A stretch of 63,466 bases of DNA, filler included, from Chrysochromulina tobinii (lineage: Eukaryota): NCBI GenBank assembly GCA_001275005.1. It is 4 parts of 4 records of this genome, joined end to end, with 100 filler letters (N's around TTAATTAATTAA, not from the genome) between each part and the next. Parts side by side here need not be neighbours in the genome. Positions count along the whole stretch, not along the records: positions 47,094 to 63,466 come from JWZX01000319.1; 3 more parts are not named here. One strand, given 5' to 3'. The position numbers and the translations under genes were made by a program. The notes under the pieces are model-generated. The model was given only the letters and a program-made list of their open reading frames with translations, was not told where the DNA came from and did not search any database. Numbering within the stretch: position 1 is the stretch's first letter; each line of letters opens with the position of its first letter. Of this stretch, positions 48,125-60,956 are shown in pieces.

Positions 48125-50175
48125 CTAACGCAAAAAGGCCATCGAGCGAAGCAAGTTGTGGACTTTGGCCTCGTCGCCTCGCGCCGTCGTAAGCGCTACA
48201 GGCCGTTGGCTGCTCACAACCTCTTGTGAAGCATCCCAGCCCGCCCTGATCATGCACTCTGCCTGCTCAAACGGCAAGCTTATTGGGATGACAAACGGAG
48301 GCCGCACGCCTCGCTCCGTCCCCTGGCCTTCGGATGAGAGGGTGTGGTCGAATCGGAGGCGCTTGGCGCTCTCCGACATCGACGAGATTGACGACATCGA
48401 CGAGATTGACGAGATTGACGAGGTCGAGAGGGTGTGGTCGAATCGGAGTCGCTTGGCGCTCGTGGGCGCCGTAGTGGGCGACGGCGCATCGGCGACACGC
48501 CGCTTGCCATGTGCTGTGCCCAGAGGCGCGGACAGAGGCTCGTTTCGGGGCGTGGCCTCGGAGCCCGAGGAGCCGTCTCGTGCCCACTCGGAAAGGTCTG
48601 GTCGCTGAAAGGCAGTACGACTGCTGCTCGCTCCACCGGCGCTCTGCTGCCCCTGCGCCTCTTCCTCCTTCTCCTCCTCCTCGGCGCAGGTGCCACAGGG
48701 CGCGTCGCCCTCGCTGCCGGCGTCTGGCCCAGGAGAGCGCCCAGGAGAGCGCCCACCGTCGAGGGAGCGGTGGAGAGAGAGGTGTAGGTTGTGCTCCAGC
48801 GTGCCACGCATCACGAGCTGCTCCACGTGCACCGGCCCCGTCGCACCCATCCGGAAAGCGCGCGAGATCACCTGAGATCGAGATTGAGATCGAGATCGAG
48901 AGTGTCATCAGGGACGCCATCAGGAAGGCCATCAGGGAAGCCATCAGGGAAGCCATCCGGCAAGCGTGCGAGATCACCTGAGATCGAGATTGTGATCGAG
49001 AGTGTCATCAGGGAAGCCATCAGGGAAGCCATCCGGCAAGCGCGCGCGCTTCTCTCCTGCTGCTCAACGGCCGGGTCCCAGCACTGGTCCACCAAGAAGA
49101 GGTGCGTGAGCATCGAGAGGTCCAACCCATGCGACCCATCCCGAGTGAGCAAGAGCACGAAGCAGTCGACCTGAGGAGCTCGAGCAGGGGAAAAGGTCTC
49201 GTTAGGGCTCATCAGGGCTCATCAGGGCTCATCAGGGCCCATCAGGGCTCATCAGGGCTCATCAGGGCTCATCAGGGCTCATCAGGGCTCATCAGGGCTC
49301 ATCAGGGCTCATCAGGGCTCATCAGTGGCGCTCACCTCGCGCGAGCTCCAGGGACGATCACCCAGCCGATGTCCACACTTTTGGAAGCTCACCACGCGCC
49401 CCGGCACCCAGACGCCGAGCGACGGGGCGCTGTGTTGGGCGTTCGGGGCGCGCAGGCGCGTCTCGGCAATGGTTCCCACAGTCCAGACGGTGCCCGCCAC
49501 GAAGGTGGGCTGCCCGGGCACCCGGGCATCCTCCTCATTGACGCACACCTCGAAGGTAGTCGCCCCGGCGGGCAGCTGCATCCCGACCGGAGCATGCTCG
49601 GCACCCACCTGCAACACCAGATGCTTGCCGTAGCAGCGCACCTCGGGGAATTCGACCTCGCGCCCAGATTCGACCTCGCGCCCACCGGCGTGATGCGCGC
49701 GCGGCGGGCAGCGCTCGCACCGCCAGTACTGCACACGCCGCGTCCGGAATTTGGTCAGCTCGGAGTTACGGTACTTGCCCCAGAACTGTGCGACTGCATC
49801 GTCGCCGAAGCGCAGGTACAGAAAGTGCCCTAGCTGGTCGAGCATGCGCCGGCTCTCCGCATAGACGGCGACGCGCACCGGCCGGCCGTCGTAACTGCCC
49901 TGGTCACCGCCAGTGCCCGAGGGGCATCGCCCCTGCTTGAGTGCATGCACCGCTTCCCGCTCAATTCGTCGAAGAGAGGCAATCGCCTCGATAATGTGCG
50001 CCGCTTTGGTATGGGTTTGGGCTTGGTGGTGACAATTGGGTTTCGTTAACAATTGGGGTTGGGCTTGGTGGGGAACGACGCTGCCGCTGCCGCCGCTGCC
50101 GCCGCTGCCGCCGCCGTTGCTGCCGCTGCCGCTGCTGCTGCTGCCAACGGCAGCATTGTCGCTTTTGCTGCCACT

Positions 50176-50209
<34 letters not shown>

Positions 50210-52959
50210 TTGGCGTCGTCTGCAAAGGCGACGCGGCGCGATGAAGACGGCAGCGCGGTCGGCGCCACCTTGGCTGCGGCCCGCGCCTCTTCCCTCCGCT
50301 GCAGCTCGTATGCGTGAGCGAGAGCCCGCGCCTCGGCCTCTCGTAATGTCTCGCTCCACTGCAGGTCGATCATCAGAGGTCATCAGTGGTCATCAGAGGT
50401 CATCAGAGGTCATCAGAGGTCATCAGAGGTCATCAGAGGTCATCAGAGGTCATCAGAGGTCATCAGAGGTCATCAGTGGTCATCAGTAGTCATCACCTGC
50501 AAGTCAAACCCGGGCTGCACGTAAGCGAACGCGTCGAGTGGATGGGCTTGCGTGAGCACGCGCCGCTCGCCGTGGCTGCACACGACGTCGTCGCAGCGCG
50601 GGCACTTGAGGTATTCGAGCTCGGGGAGGGCCTCAGCGCATACGGGGCACGCGCATAGCTCGCGAACACCCTCGGCGTGACGGGCGCCTCCCCGAAGAGA
50701 GGGGAAGTCGTCGTGACGGGCGGCCTGCTCCCCGCCCTCCTCCGCAGCTGCGCTGCTAGCTGCACTCGCCGAGTCAACACACTCGGGGCAGCATAGGTGC
50801 CCGCACATGGGCATCAAGAGCTGGAGCAGCAAAGGCAGGCCACACTTATCGCAGGGCGTCGCGTCACCCGACTGGGCAGCCGTCATGAAGGCGCACGCCC
50901 GCTCGACGACCCGCGAGGGAGCCCGATATCGCTCACTGAGCCACGCGCAGCACTCTCGAAAGTAGTGAGGCGAGAGGGTAGCGAGCTGCTTGCCACCGCC
51001 GTTACTCGCCAGCCGTACATTCTCAACAGCCTTGCGCGCCGATTTGAGGTTGTTGTGATGGAGCAGTGAGACGTCCGCGCCAGCGCCCGTCACGGCGCCT
51101 TGCAGGCCGGTGAGCACGAGGTTCGCCTGGAAGAAGGCCACGAGCGAATTGTACGCGAGACGTTCCGCGGCAGAGCACTCGAGGAAGCGTGTCGAGCGGA
51201 TGGGGTGGGGCACTGCGATCTTGCGCTTGAGATTGCGCACCATGATCGGCGCCAGGAAGGCAAGCGCCGCGTCCTCCGCGCCCTCGGCATGGGCGAGCAG
51301 CCGGCGCGCCACGCCTTTCCACAGGCTGTGCTTCGGGTGGCGCAGGAAGCTTAGCAGCCCACCCAGGGTCGCACAACCGTCCGCATCGCTCGTCTCCTTC
51401 GCCGGCGTGCCACTCATCACCCAGCGCCTCTCGACTGAGAGCTCTTGCAGGAGCACCTAGAGAGGGGTCGGGCAAATGGCAGTGGCAGTTCGTGGGAATC
51501 AGCGGCAATCAGATGGCAATCAGATGGCAATCAGATGGCCATGAGTGGCGATCAGCGGCAATTCGTGGTAATCAAGAGGCCATCAAGAGGCGATCATGAG
51601 GCGATCATGAGGCGATCAAGAACACCTTGGTGTGAGTGATCGCGCCGCCACCCAGTGAGCAATCACCGAGATCACAGTGAGTAATCACAGAGAGTAATCA
51701 CAGAGAGTAATCACAGAGAGTAATCACCTCACCTTGGTGTGAGTGATCGCGCCGCCACCCAGTGAGTGGCCCTCGTCGCAAATCAGGCGCACCCACGCCA
51801 CCTCGCAGAGCACCGACGGCCGGCCATCGCCCCTGTGCGCGTGCCGGTGCTCCTGGGAGAGTCGCTCGGAGGAGGTCACCACCACAGCCGCCGCCGCAAG
51901 CTCTGATGCCGAGTACAGATCACGCAGCTCCGCGGGCCCGTGATCGTCGACGATCACGGGGCCGCCAAGGGCCCCCGTGTGCACGTGCCACTCGAGTTGC
52001 TCACGCCAGTGCGGTACCAGCGGCCGCGGCACCACCAACAGCGTTGCGCACGAGCGTAGCGGTCCGCCGACAGAAGAACCAGCTGACCGGCTCTTGCTAA
52101 CTCTCCCTTGGATACCTAATTTGGATCCCTTGCCTGATTTGGATCCCTTGGGACCATGCGACTCAAGGACCGTCTCCAGCACGTCCTGCAGCTCCTTGGC
52201 GACCGAGGCGAGCTCGGCCGCCGCGGCGGGCCCGTGTGGGTGCGAGTGGCTGGCCACGTGGCTTGACCAGTACGTCAGCGCCGCTTGTGGAACTGCGCGG
52301 ACAGCCTCGTCAAAGGCCGAGCGCGAGGGGAAGGCGCCGATGGCTGTATCGCTCTTGAGCGCGGCAAAGTCGGGCGGCGGCGTGGGCACGAGGGCGAGAT
52401 AGCCCTCGAGCTCGGCCGCCGCCTGTTCACCCGAGCTGCCAAAGAGAGCAAATCCTCTCGGGCATCGCGTGCGCACGTCCTTGAGAATGGCGTACGCGAG
52501 CTCGCGCTTGAACGGAAGGGCGAGCGAGGCCCACTCCTCGTCCGCCGCCTCGGCGCGAGCCTGCGCCACGTTGGCTGGCGCGCGCGATCGCAGCCCTGCC
52601 GTCTTGCAGAGGAGCGAGAGAATTGTCACCGTCTTGCCGGTGCCGGGCTCGTCTGCCAAGATGCCGCCGCGTTGACAGCTCGCCTCAGCGGCCATCATAA
52701 AGGCAAGCGAAGCTCGCTGGTGCGGAAACAGCGTGAGGCGTAAGCCGATGTAGGAGCATGCGGCGAGGGCGCGTAGTGAGGAGCAAGTTGAGCCGAGTGC
52801 CGCGAGATCTTGACCGAGCAAGCGCGCCACGATGAATTCGAGCACATCGTGGTCAAGGGTGGCGCCCGTCGGAGTGGTCCAACCGACGCGCTGCGTGGGT
52901 ACTGGGCGATCGATGTCGCCGAGGCGCTCGAAGAGTGCGGCCAGGCGACCCGATGACAT
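48125..52959 (-). CDS. F-box-like + SNF2 helicase + RING protein; exons 52959-51733, 51456-50497, 50358-49336, 49170-49057, 48871-48125
   Basis: LDHDVLEFIVARL..QDLAALGSTCSSLR; GGILADEPGTGKT; RLICDEGH; RWVMSGTP; CDKC..CGHLCCPEC..CPVC; SHGLDL; WDPAVEQQ|VISRAFRMG. Confidence 0.85.
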
Positions 52960-53327
52960 CCGAGCTCACACAAAGGAGAAAATGGCAATGGATGTGTGTG
53001 AAGAGCAAACTTGCGAAACATGCAGAAAGCGAACGAAAACAATCGATGTCGGATCCTCGCACGGAACATCTCTAGTACCGGTACCGGGTATCTGGTTGCC
53101 ACAGCATCGATCTGACGACACAACATCGACGACAGCAGGCAATTTTGTCTCTTGCGAGCACACATGTCTATAGACCCGCGTCGACAGCGAGACTTTCCGT
53201 TCTTGGGACCGGTGGTTGGAAGACGAAGTAACGTTAACGAGACTTTCCGCTTTTGGATTTGCTCGCGCATCACGCCTCCCTGCAGCAGGACTCCAAGAGC
53301 CGGCACCACAGAGGTCGGCGGCCTTCC

Positions 53328-56300
53328 ATGCCTCCGCGCGCTACCAGCGCCACCACGCCACGCCGCCGCCGCGGGCCCTCGCCACCCTCATCCGCACGCC
53401 GGCCGGCTGGCGGCGGTGGTCGTGGTGGCGCGGCAGGCCGAGGTGGAGCTGCAGGCCGCGGCAGCGGCTCCACCTCCGGTGCACGGACGGCTGCTGCCCC
53501 GGAACGCATGGAGGCACTGGTGCGCGAGTTCGTCGAGCTTTGCGACCGACCGGAGCCGCGTGCGGAGGTGGCGCGCCGTGTCCGTGAGGCGCCACGTGAG
53601 CGCAGGCTCGATCTGCTCGGGATGGCGCTCATGGGGCTGCCCGCAGGCCTGGGCAAGCAGCTGCCGATGCTCTCGGCGCTGCTTGTCAACACGAACTCGA
53701 TCAGGACGCTGCCCGACAGCGTGGGCGAGCTGCGCGCGCTCGAGAGGCTCAATGCTCGCTTCAACGTGCTCGGCGCGCTGCCGGCAACGATCGGGCTCCT
53801 CGGACAGCTTCTGAGCCTCGACGTGAGAAGACACGTCGAGCTGCCACTGACGGCTACTGATGGCCACTGATGGCCACTGATTGATCGCCACTGATCGCCA
53901 CTGACCGCCACTGATCGCCACTGATCGCCACCGACGTCCCTGATGGCCTTGCATGCAGGTGAGCAACAACGAGCTCGTCGAGCTGCCCGAGGCACTCGGC
54001 CAGCTGCCGCTGCTGCACACGCTGGACGTGCATGAGAATCAGTTGACGAGTCTGCCTGCGAGTCTGATCCAGCTGCGCAAGCTGAGTCTCCTGGACGCGC
54101 ACCGGAATCGACTTGGCGCGCTGCCGGAGCGGCTTGGCGAGCTTCCCGCGCTCACGTCGCTCGACATCTCGACCAATCTCCTTCGTGAGCTGCCTCTTGA
54201 TTGCCTCTTGATTGCCTCTTTGATTGCCTCTTGATCGCCTCTTGATCGCCTCTTGATCGCCTCTTGATGTATCTTGATTGTATCTTGGTTTATATATTGA
54301 TTGCCTCTTGATCGCCTCTTGATTATCTTGATTGCCATTGTCCCCCCACTAATGGCCGTATCGCTCCGTGACTTGACTTGACTTGACTTGACTTGAGTTG
54401 TTTTGACTTGACTTGACTTGACTTGACTTGACTTGAGTTGAGTTGAGTTGAGTTGTTTTGACTTGACTTGACTTGACGTGACGTGACTATGGATTCGCTC
54501 GATGAGGACGACTATGCACTGTTTGCGTTGCATGCAGGTGAGTTGCCCGACTCGATAGGCCACCTGAAGACGCTGATTACGTTCGACGTGCATGCCAACC
54601 AGCTGGTCGCACTCTGCGACTCGATTGGGCAGCTCGCATGCCTACAGAAGCTGCATGCGTCGGCGAATCGTCTGGTGAGCCTGCCCTCGATTGCGGGTAT
54701 GGTCTCCTTGCGCCATCTGGACATTTCCGAGAACGTTCTGGCGGAGCTGCCCACCGTGACGAACGAGACGGCGCTGTCGTTACGCGAGCTGCTGTGGAAG
54801 GGCAACCCGCTCCAGCGCCCGCCCGTCTCGGTTGCCAACCAGGTGAGCGACGAGCTCGAGGCCGCTTGATGGCCTCTGATTGCCTCCCTACTTAGATTGA
54901 TTGCCTCCCTCATCAGGGACTCGAGGCCGTGCGTCGCTACTTTGACGAACTCTTTGATTGCCTCCCTTCTTAGATTGATTGCCTCCCTCATCAGGGACTC
55001 GAGGCCGTGCGTCGCTACTTTGACGAACTTGAGCGCGCGGGAGCTACAATCTCGTGGTCCGCACGGCTTGTGCTGCTCGGCGACGGGATGGCGGGCAAGA
55101 CGAGCTTGCAGCGCGGCCTGTTCTATGGCACTCCGAAGCCCACGCACGTCGATGCGCGTACGATCCAGGTGCGATCTCCCTTGATTGCCTTTGATCGTAC
55201 TTGATTGCCAGCCCACTTGATCGTACTTGATTGCCAGCCCACGAATGAGCTTCGTCGCGTCGACTCGCGTGCGACCCAGCTCGACATCACGACGCTCACG
55301 CTGCGTGCTGCCTTTGGGGGCGCCCGACACGGCGTCGGTGGAGGAAAGGCGAGCGCGGAGGGCGCCCGACACGGCGCCTTCGGAGGGGCGAGCGTGGAAC
55401 GCGAGAAGGTCGGCGCCCAACTCGGCGCCAAGGGCGGGGGCGGGCGCAGCGGTGACGGCGTGGGCGGCGGCAGTAGTGCCAACAAAGGCGTCAGCAGCCA
55501 CGCAGTCGGCAGCAATGGCGCCAGCAATGGCGCCAGCCATGGCGGCAGCCATGGCGGTTACAATGGCACCGGCCACGGCGTTGGCACCAGCCACGGCGTC
55601 AGCGGCACCAGCGGGCAGGCCACTGACGACGCTCGCGACGTCACCATGTCAGTGTGGGATTTGGGAGGACAGATCGCCTATGCCGCCGCGCAGCAGCCTT
55701 ACATTGTGCCTGGGTCTCTGTACATCTTGGCGGTGGCGGCGCCGCGCGCCTCGGTGAGTTGTGATGGATGCTCGCTTCTGATGGCCCCTGATGGCCACTG
55801 ATGACCACTGAGTGCTTCTGAGCGCCTCGATGAGTTGTGATGGATGCTCGCGTTTGACTGTTGGTGGCCTTTGATGGCCACTGAGTGCTTCTGAGCGCCT
55901 CGATGAGTTGTGATGGATGCTCGCGTTTGACTGCTGTTGGTGGCCTTTGATGGCCACTGAGTGCCCCTGAGTGCTTCTGAGCGCCTGTGAGTGCCTCTGG
56001 TGGCAGGACGCTCACTACCCTGACGTCCTCGGCCGATGGCTCGACTACTTGCAAAGCAGCGCACCCGGTGCCGTCGTGCTCCCGGTGCTCACGCAGTGCG
56101 ATAAGCTCCTACCGAAGGCGGTCTCGCCACTGGAGGTGCACCATTTGGAGCGCGTGGTCGAGGAGCAGGCGTCGTGGGTGCGCCGTGCCATCTACTGGCA
56201 TCAGGTGTGCTGATTGCCTCCCTAATTGCATGCAGGCAGGGGTCGTGGGTGCGCCGTGCCATCTACTGGCATCAGGTGATTGCGGCTGATGGCGGCTGAT

Positions 56301-58351
56301 GGCGACTGATGGCTATGCGTGCAATTAGGGAGGCGGATTTGCATGCAGAATCATCAGGTGATGGCGGCTGATGTCGATGCGTGCCTATGATTGGCCTGGC
56401 GTCGCGGGTGCGGCATGCCACCGTACCCTGATCCCGATTGATTGCGTCGCATGCAGGTGCGCCAGCCAGCGGGCGCCGTGCGGCTGCGCATACGACCTCG
56501 CGTCGCGTGCGTCTCGTCAGTGGCGGGCGGTGAGAAGACCCTCGAAGCCCTCCGAGCTCAGCTCGAGGAGATTTGCTCGTCGTCGCCGCCGCTGCTGCTC
56601 TCCATCGGTCAGACTATCCCACGCAGCTGGTCCTATGCGGGCTCCATGCTCCGGGCGCTCCGTGATGGACGAGATCCGCTCGCGACGGCGCGCCACGTGG
56701 CCGAGCTCCTTGACGGCGCCCGGGACGGCGCGGTGGGTGGCACGAACGGTCGCCACCGGCCGCCGCCGGCTGTCTGCGAGGCACGCGCCCGGCCGTACAT
56801 GACGTGCGTGCTCCCTGATGGCCATGATTGCTCAATCTGGCTACACTGAGTGCCACTGTGAGCCACTGAGTGCCGCGGAGTGCCACTGATTGCTTTCAGG
56901 TACGCGGAGGCTCTCCAGTGCTGGCTCACCATGATTGCCACTGTTTGACATGATTGCCACTGATTGCTTTCAGGTACGCGGAGGCTCTCCAGTGCTGGCT
57001 CACGGCCGTGGCGCCGCCGCTGCGCGTCCCTCCAGACTCGCGTGTGCTCGCGGACGTGCTGCAGCTGCTGATTAATCAGGGTGAGTCTCTTCGTGAGCTA
57101 TGAACTCATCTTCTTGCACTGATGACCTGATTGCAATGATGGCTTCCTTAATCAGGGGAGCTCTTCGCGAGCTGCGGTCTCATCTTCTTGCATCCGGATT
57201 ACGTGACCCAGCTACTCAAGCCGCTCGTCGACCATCGGGTAAGCCATGACTGCTACTGATTACTGTTGATTGCGATGGATCGGCACTGATGAGTGCCACC
57301 ATTGCATGAATGCCAGCCGCGAGTGGGCGATCCCGCGCCTAATTGCATGCTGATTGCCTCCCTAATTGCATGCAGGTGAGCCGCGAGTGGGCGATCCCGC
57401 GCGCATACGAGCACACGGGCGAGCTGTTCGAGGAGTCACCGGGCGTTCGGCTGCTGCTGCACGCGACCGCGGTGCTCGTTGGCTCGGGGGAGTTACGGGA
57501 GGAGCTGCTGCCCATGCTGTGGGAAGATGTGGGGCTCCATGCGGACGACTACGGCGATGTGCGCTTGATTGAGTGTGAGTGTGAGTGTGAATGTGAATGT
57601 GAATGTGAATGCTTTGGGGCTCCGTGCGAACGACTTCGGCGATGTGCGCTTGAGAGTGATTGCGATTCATTGCAACTGATGGATGGCACTCATTACGTCC
57701 TAATGAGACCCCCAGGTGCTACTGATGTTGAGCGAGAGTGCATGCTGATTGCCTCCCTAATTGCATGCAGGTGCTCCTCATGTTGAGCGAGAGTGGCGTT
57801 CTCTTCCTCTCCGAGTTCACGCCGCTCGGCCGGCGCTGGGTGATGCCCCTGCGCTCGCCCGAACGTCGGCCTCTCGAGCTCCTCTTGAATGGCATGCTGA
57901 TTGCCCCCCTAATTGCATGCAGGTGATGCCCATGCGCTTGCCCGAACGTCGGCCGACCTCCGTAGACACTTCGTGGGCCGCCGCCCGACACGGCGCGCAG
58001 GTGAGCGTCTCAGCGGACGTGTGCTTGAATGCCACCGTTGGCGTTTCACAACTCTGGTTGCCACCCTGAGATTGGCTCCCTTGATTGGCACAGATTGCGC
58101 TGCGTGCGCCCTCCCTTGATTGGCACTGACGGCGCGTCCCGCCCGGCATGGCGCACGCAGGTGAGCCTCGTCTACGCGCTCGGCCGTATAGCACCGCCCG
58201 GTTTGACGGAACGCTTGATGGCGTCCTGCTTCGGGCTCGGCGTGTACCATCAATTCTGGCGCAAGGGGGCGTTGATCCAGGCGCGCGTGACGGATGTCGC
58301 CGAGCGTGAGCGCCATGCTGCTGCTGCTGCTGCCGACAACGACGCCGACGC

Positions 58352-58402
<51 letters not shown>

Positions 58403-60256
58403 CCTCGGGACGACTCAGCCCGGGACGACGCGTCTGCCCGGGACGACGCTTCTGCTGATTGAGCTTGAGAGCACTGAGGCCGTGGCCCACGCGTACAGCC
58501 ATACGGCGGGCGCTCCGGCGTGGACTTTGGGCTTGACGAACCCCGAGCCGCTTGGTGTGAACGAGGCCGACATGCACGGCGCGCCGCCGGCGCACGTGAC
58601 GGCGGCGCCCGAGCACACGCTTGCATGCACGCTGCGCGGGCCGGCGGAGGCCATCGAGGAGTTGTGTGAGCTGCTCGCGCAGGTGGCCTCGGAGCCGCTG
58701 ACGACACCCCGGAGTGCCTCTGACGTCACCTCGGAGTGCCTCTGACGAAACCTCGGAGTGCCTCTGACGACACCTCGGAGTGCCTCTGACGAAACCTCGG
58801 AGTGCCTCTGACGACACCTCGGAGTGCCTCCCTCATCAGGTGCGCGCCCGTGCCGACCAGCTGCTAAGCGACTTCCCCGGATTGCATGCGGAGGCGCGCG
58901 TGCTCGGCGTCGGTTATGACGGGCTTCGTCCCGCCGACGCTGTTTCGTCACGCCCGCGCCTGTCGCTCGCCTTGCCACGTACAGCGGCGGTGCGCCCGCC
59001 GGCTCACGACAGCGCTTCATGGACGAACCAAATTAGGCAGGCCGAGCGGTTCGTCGGCCAATTGCGCTTCGGCAAGCCCATCGAGGCTGCGCAGCGGGTG
59101 CACCGGCTGGTAGGACTGGAGGCGGAGGCGCTCGCAATGCATGCAGCGGCGGGTGAGAGAGCCATCGTTGCGGAATTTGCGGCATTTGCGGCCTGCGGCG
59201 CACCCAGCCGTGATGCGCTCGGGTGGACGGATCTCGATTGGCTCGAGTACGTGAGCCATCAGTCCGCGACGGAACGCCCTCTACCCCCCGGCATGCCCTG
59301 CGGCGTACTCGATCTGGGCCATCAAGGGCGAACCCTCGACGACTTCCACAGCGCACCGGCGGCGCAGGCGGCCAATCTGAGCCGGGCAGATGTGCTCGCG
59401 CTGCGCCTGTACTCGGGTGAGTCGTGCTGATGGCCTCTGATGAGCTCTGATTGCAATCTGAGTGCCCCGGAGGAGGGGCTCTAATGAATTTCGTGGCTCG
59501 GGCCCGTCCGCAGGCTCGACGCACCTGAACATCAACGGGCCATTACGCACCGGGTGCACACCGGAGGCTCCACATCCATACGCCTCTGACGAAACTGTTG
59601 AGTGCCTCTGACGACACCTCGAAGTGCCTCCCTCATGCAGGTGCACACCGGAGGCTCCTCATCCTTATGCCGCGACGGTCACTGTGCTCATCCAAGCGTG
59701 CAACAAGCTGCGCAAGGCCGCTGGCGCGGCGGCGGCCATCAGTAGTCCTTCGGCTGCCTCGGTGGCTGCCTCGGCGACTGATTCGGCGGCTGCAGTGCCG
59801 CTGCAGCCGCCGCAGCCACCGCCGCTGCGCACCCTGTGGCGAGGGGTACGGGACATGGCGCTCAGCACGGCGCTCACGGGCGAGTTCCTGCAGCGCGGGG
59901 GATGCGAGCTCGGATTCTTATCCGCTTCGACGGAGCGGGCGGTGGCCGAGCGCTATGCTGCGCGCAGCCATGCCGCGACGCCATGCGCGACGAGCCATGG
60001 TGCGCTGCTGCTGCTCAAGCTGAGCGCCCCCGACTTGCCACAGCACAGGGGCGCTGTCGTGGGCTTCCTAAGCGCCTTCCCGGGCGAGTCCGAGTGCCTC
60101 TTCCCCCCGGGCACGTACCTCCGGCCGGTGAGCCGAGAGCCGAGTTTAGTCGTCTCCGCGAGCGCCGTGCCGAGCGGTGGCGGCGGCGTGCGGTTGGTTC
60201 TGAGGCTGCTCAAGATTGTCGAGGTCCTCCCAATCGTCCAATGCACAGTTGTGTGA
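53328..60256 (+). CDS. ROCO protein: LRR-Roc-COR with C-terminal ADP-ribosyltransferase-like domain; about 15 introns
   Basis: LxxLxxxxNxLxxLP repeats; LLGDGMAGKTSL; VWDLGGQ; LTQCD; COR-like IFLHPDYVTQLLKPLVDH and PPGLTERLMASC; LWRG..FLSAST..FPGESECLFPPGTYL. Confidence 0.8.
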
Positions 60257-60956
60257 GGGCAGCGAGAGGGTGAGAATACACAGTCACGCTCACCGGCCTC
60301 ATCCACGAGAACACTACATCCAAGGACTCTCATTCGAAGACAAAGACGCGGGTCCTGAACGGATACTCCGCTCGGCTCGTCATATGACTTTTTTTCAATC
60401 ACTGAATTTACCCTCTATTATATATATTTTTATCGGCTTCATTCTTCCATGCCTACTATGAGGCCCAAACCCCCGAACACCCGTCCAAGAGCGTCTCCAA
60501 CAGATGCATCACTCCCGGCACTCAAGTGGCCGTGCCTCGTTGAAGATCGGTGACACATGGTGTCTGATGCACACTTCCGCCACGCGGTGCTGCTCACCCG
60601 ACCCAGACGGGAGAGCACATCTCGCACACAGCTGCTCGCTCTAAGCGGTCCGAACCCACGGCCTGTCCTATCCCACCGGCTGGTGCTGCAGAGCGCTCCC
60701 CATCATCACATTTCTGAGCTCCGCATTTCTGAGCTCCCCCGTTCCCAGCAGCAAATCCCTCCTAGCTTTCTCGCTCCCAGCACATCCCTCCATTCTCGCC
60801 GCTCACGACACCCACACCAGTCAAGCCCACATCCGTCGCAATGGGGCTGAGGCTCGCCCCCGCCTCGTTGCCGAGTCATTCGACCATGCTGTTACACACT
60901 TTGCATAAGAACATCTGTGGCTTCCGCCATGGTGTGATGCTCACAGAGCGCGCCTC

